From Flavobacteriaceae bacterium (GTDB lineage: Bacteria; Bacteroidota; Bacteroidia; Flavobacteriales; Flavobacteriaceae): 32,000 nt of DNA. Numbering within the stretch: position 1 is the first letter of the stretch; the number at the start of each line of letters is the position of its first letter. The translations under genes were made by a program, and so were the position numbers. The notes beneath the pieces are model-generated. The model worked only from the letters and a program-made list of their open reading frames with translations, was not told the origin of the DNA and did not search any database. Where the stretch lies: NCBI GenBank assembly GCA_965224465.1, contig OZ245049.1, forward strand, positions 4,350,001-4,382,000, given 5' to 3'. Of the stretch, positions 30,180 through 32,000 are shown in pieces.

Positions 30180-31928
30180 CTAGTCAATTGTAATCCCACT
30201 AGTATCAATTTTTATTTCGGTACTTTTAGTATTGTTCGTCATTTTTAGTTTTAAACGATTGCTGTTTATCGATAAATTAAAAGTGTCATTTTCAGGGTCA
30301 TAATTACGACCGTAATCGTCTTCGTCACAGTCCAAACAATACAAGCCGTCTTCTGTCATTTTATAATTGTGTTTGGCCATATCGTTGTCATTAATATATT
30401 GAATGTTTTTGATGTTTCTTATAAATGTGCGTGTATTTGCATTTAAGTAAACACTACTTCCGATGGGTAAATAAACAATTATATGTACGGATTGATCCTT
30501 AAATTTATTACTGATAGAAGACAGGAAATAACTATTCAATAGTAAGTTGTTGTCATTTAAATTAAATTCGTATTCAATAGCATCTGCTGAATTATTAGCA
30601 ATCAATCTTGATTTAGCCTCCGTGTTTTTTCTAATTTTTATTTTAACATTATTACTGTCGCTTTGTCTAATATCCAGTCGTATTCGGCTCGATAGTAGAT
30701 TTTTAGTATCTCCGTCATATACAGTCTCATAATCATTTCGGTAATGTATACTACTTCTATTACTCAGTTCTTCGTTGTTAATCATCTTTATTTTTAAAGG
30801 AGCATTATTGACTAGTAATAAATTTTCCTTTATAGTGGATACTCCTACGTGCGCATGTCTAGCAGCAAATTCAATTCCAGAAAATGACAAGCCTAAAATG
30901 GCTATAATCCATATTCCTAATAAAGAAAGCTTTGTGGTTAGCCCCAACGATTTTACATTGTTAGATAAGATACGTAATCCTATAATAAATAATATGATGA
31001 AAGGGATTCCAATTGCTAAAAAGAAAAAGAGTCCTAGTAGCCAAAATGGAATTATTGAATCATAAATAAATGGAGGGAATTTGATCATGTCGTTTCCAAA
31101 TCCTAAAATCTCAAAACTCCCCCAAGAAAACAGACCTACTATAAGTCCGATAAGTGTTGCAGCCGATATAAAAATAATCAATGCACCTATTAACTTTCCG
31201 AATATTTTAAAAAGCACTCTAAATAATTTCCCGATTGTTTCTAGGATGTCTTGGATACCAGATTTTGCTTGTTTTTCATATTTATTGTATTCTGTATTCT
31301 TTATTTTTTCTGAAAATGCATTTGCTCCTTCTTTTACATGCTCAGAAATATCAGCAAACTCTTCTCTAATCTTTTTTTCGATGGTGCTGATAGTTACAGC
31401 CTCTCCTTTCATTTGTAATTTTTCTGCTGTGGTTTCTGCGACAGGTAATAATATCCATAAAAACGGATATAATAATAAGGTCATTCCGCTAGTTAAAGGG
31501 GTTAAAATAATCCATATAATACGCATCCAGAAAGTATCCATACCCACATAATGTGCCAATCCAGAACTTACACCTCCTAAAAATTTATCGTCTCTGTCTC
31601 TAAATAGTTTTTTATTAGAACTGCGTTTACGAGTTCTTGGTTGATCTTCAAAAATGTCTTCATCAATGGCATAATCTTCTGGTTGTCCCATTACTTTTGT
31701 GACTTCCTCTATGTCAGTTTCATTAATTACTTGGCGTTCGTTTTTAACACGTTCTGTTAATAACTCCGCAATACGAGCCTCAATATCCGCTATGATTTCA
31801 TCCTTTCCCTGTGGGTCATCACTCAGAGAGCGACGAATGGAATCTAGGTATGTTTTTAGTTTTTGATAAGCATTTTCATCAATATGAAAAAAGATACTGC
31901 CCAAATTTATATTAATTGTTTTGTTCAT
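30180..31928 (-). CDS. PspC-domain-containing multi-pass membrane protein with a large C-terminal extracytoplasmic domain
   Basis: 582 aa. PspC motif KKLFRDRDDKFLGGVSSGLAHYVGMDTFWMRIIWIIL, several further TM helices (roughly aa 240-350), and a ~230-aa Asn/Ser-rich beta-type C-terminal domain. Confidence 0.82.
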   Translation of the reverse strand: MNKTININLGSIFFHIDENAYQKLKTYLDSIRRSLSDDPQGKDEIIADIEARIAELLTERVKNERQVINETDIEEVTKVMGQPEDYAIDEDIFEDQPRTRKRSSNKKLFRDRDDKFLGGVSSGLAHYVGMDTFWMRIIWIILTPLTSGMTLLLYPFLWILLPVAETTAEKLQMKGEAVTISTIEKKIREEFADISEHVKEGANAFSEKIKNTEYNKYEKQAKSGIQDILETIGKLFRVLFKIFGKLIGALIIFISAATLIGLIVGLFSWGSFEILGFGNDMIKFPPFIYDSIIPFWLLGLFFFLAIGIPFIILFIIGLRILSNNVKSLGLTTKLSLLGIWIIAILGLSFSGIEFAARHAHVGVSTIKENLLLVNNAPLKIKMINNEELSNRSSIHYRNDYETVYDGDTKNLLSSRIRLDIRQSDSNNVKIKIRKNTEAKSRLIANNSADAIEYEFNLNDNNLLLNSYFLSSISNKFKDQSVHIIVYLPIGSSVYLNANTRTFIRNIKNIQYINDNDMAKHNYKMTEDGLYCLDCDEDDYGRNYDPENDTFNLSINSNRLKLKMTNNTKSTEIKIDTSGITID

Positions 31929-32000
31929 TGTTTGAAGGTTTTGTGGAGATTACTTCGTTTACAGAAGTTACTAGATTACTCCATGTATTGTTTAATTCGG
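31912..32000 (-). CDS. 3' end (29 codons) of an upstream gene; possibly a PadR-type regulator, but the identity is not established
   Basis: Open frame from the window edge, ...ELNNTWSNLVTSVNEVISTKPSNNEQNN, with the stop at 31912-31914. It overlaps the PspC-domain start codon by 17 nt. The PadR guess rests only on the synteny commonly seen in Bacteroidota. Confidence 0.4.
   Translation of the reverse strand, partial: ELNNTWSNLVTSVNEVISTKPSNNEQNN

Noticed and set aside
30547-31551. Plus-strand ORFs (30547-30732, 30775-31065 and 31081-31551, up to 156 aa) opposite the PspC-domain gene; similar ones at 25235-25725, 25923-26117, 26718-26930, 27425-27631 and 29539-29814 opposite the mod and GIN genes
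   Set aside because: They are mirror-frame ORFs of real genes. The sense-strand products carry clear domain motifs (PspC, ABC Walker motifs, lipoboxes) and these do not.

Overview
AT-rich core-chromosome segment, most likely from a member of Bacteroidota, class Flavobacteriia. Supporting signs: a SusC-type receptor, TAnnTTTG -7 promoter motifs, almost no Shine-Dalgarno sequences, Zn-free L36 and S14, and a PspC/GIN-domain gene pair.

Layout:
- 1-2041 (-): 5' part of a SusC/RagA TonB-dependent receptor gene that runs off the window. It is missing from the ORF track because it is edge-truncated.
- 2535-19550 (+): one uninterrupted 32-gene array that fuses the str, S10, spc and alpha ribosomal operons, from rpsL to rplQ. 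It includes fusA, secY, infA, rpoA and rpmJ; rpmJ is only 38 codons and is absent from the ORF track.
- 19646-24644 (+): housekeeping genes carA, eno and gltA, then a DDAH/amidinotransferase-like gene. Each has its own intrinsic terminator and/or TAnnTTTG motif.
- 24921-27624 (-): a translationally coupled molybdate uptake operon, modA, di-TOBE mop, modB, modC.
- 27781-29181 (+): a CtlX-like second guanidino-group-modifying enzyme followed by a Cys-rich Rrf2 regulator.
- 29268-32000 (-): a GIN/DUF2807 lipoprotein, a 582-aa PspC-domain membrane protein, and the last 29 codons of an upstream gene.

I see no CRISPR array, tRNA or rRNA gene, transposase, integrase, or recognisable defence or toxin system. 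More than half the window is among the most conserved loci in bacteria, and I found no strong candidate for a new system.

The most noteworthy observations are:
- three anomalously long, structured spacers inside the otherwise tightly packed ribosomal array;
- a phased CTAAGT repeat upstream of eno;
- the mod cassette lying between two paralogous GME-superfamily genes;
- the poorly characterised PspC/GIN (possibly PadR) envelope module at the right edge.
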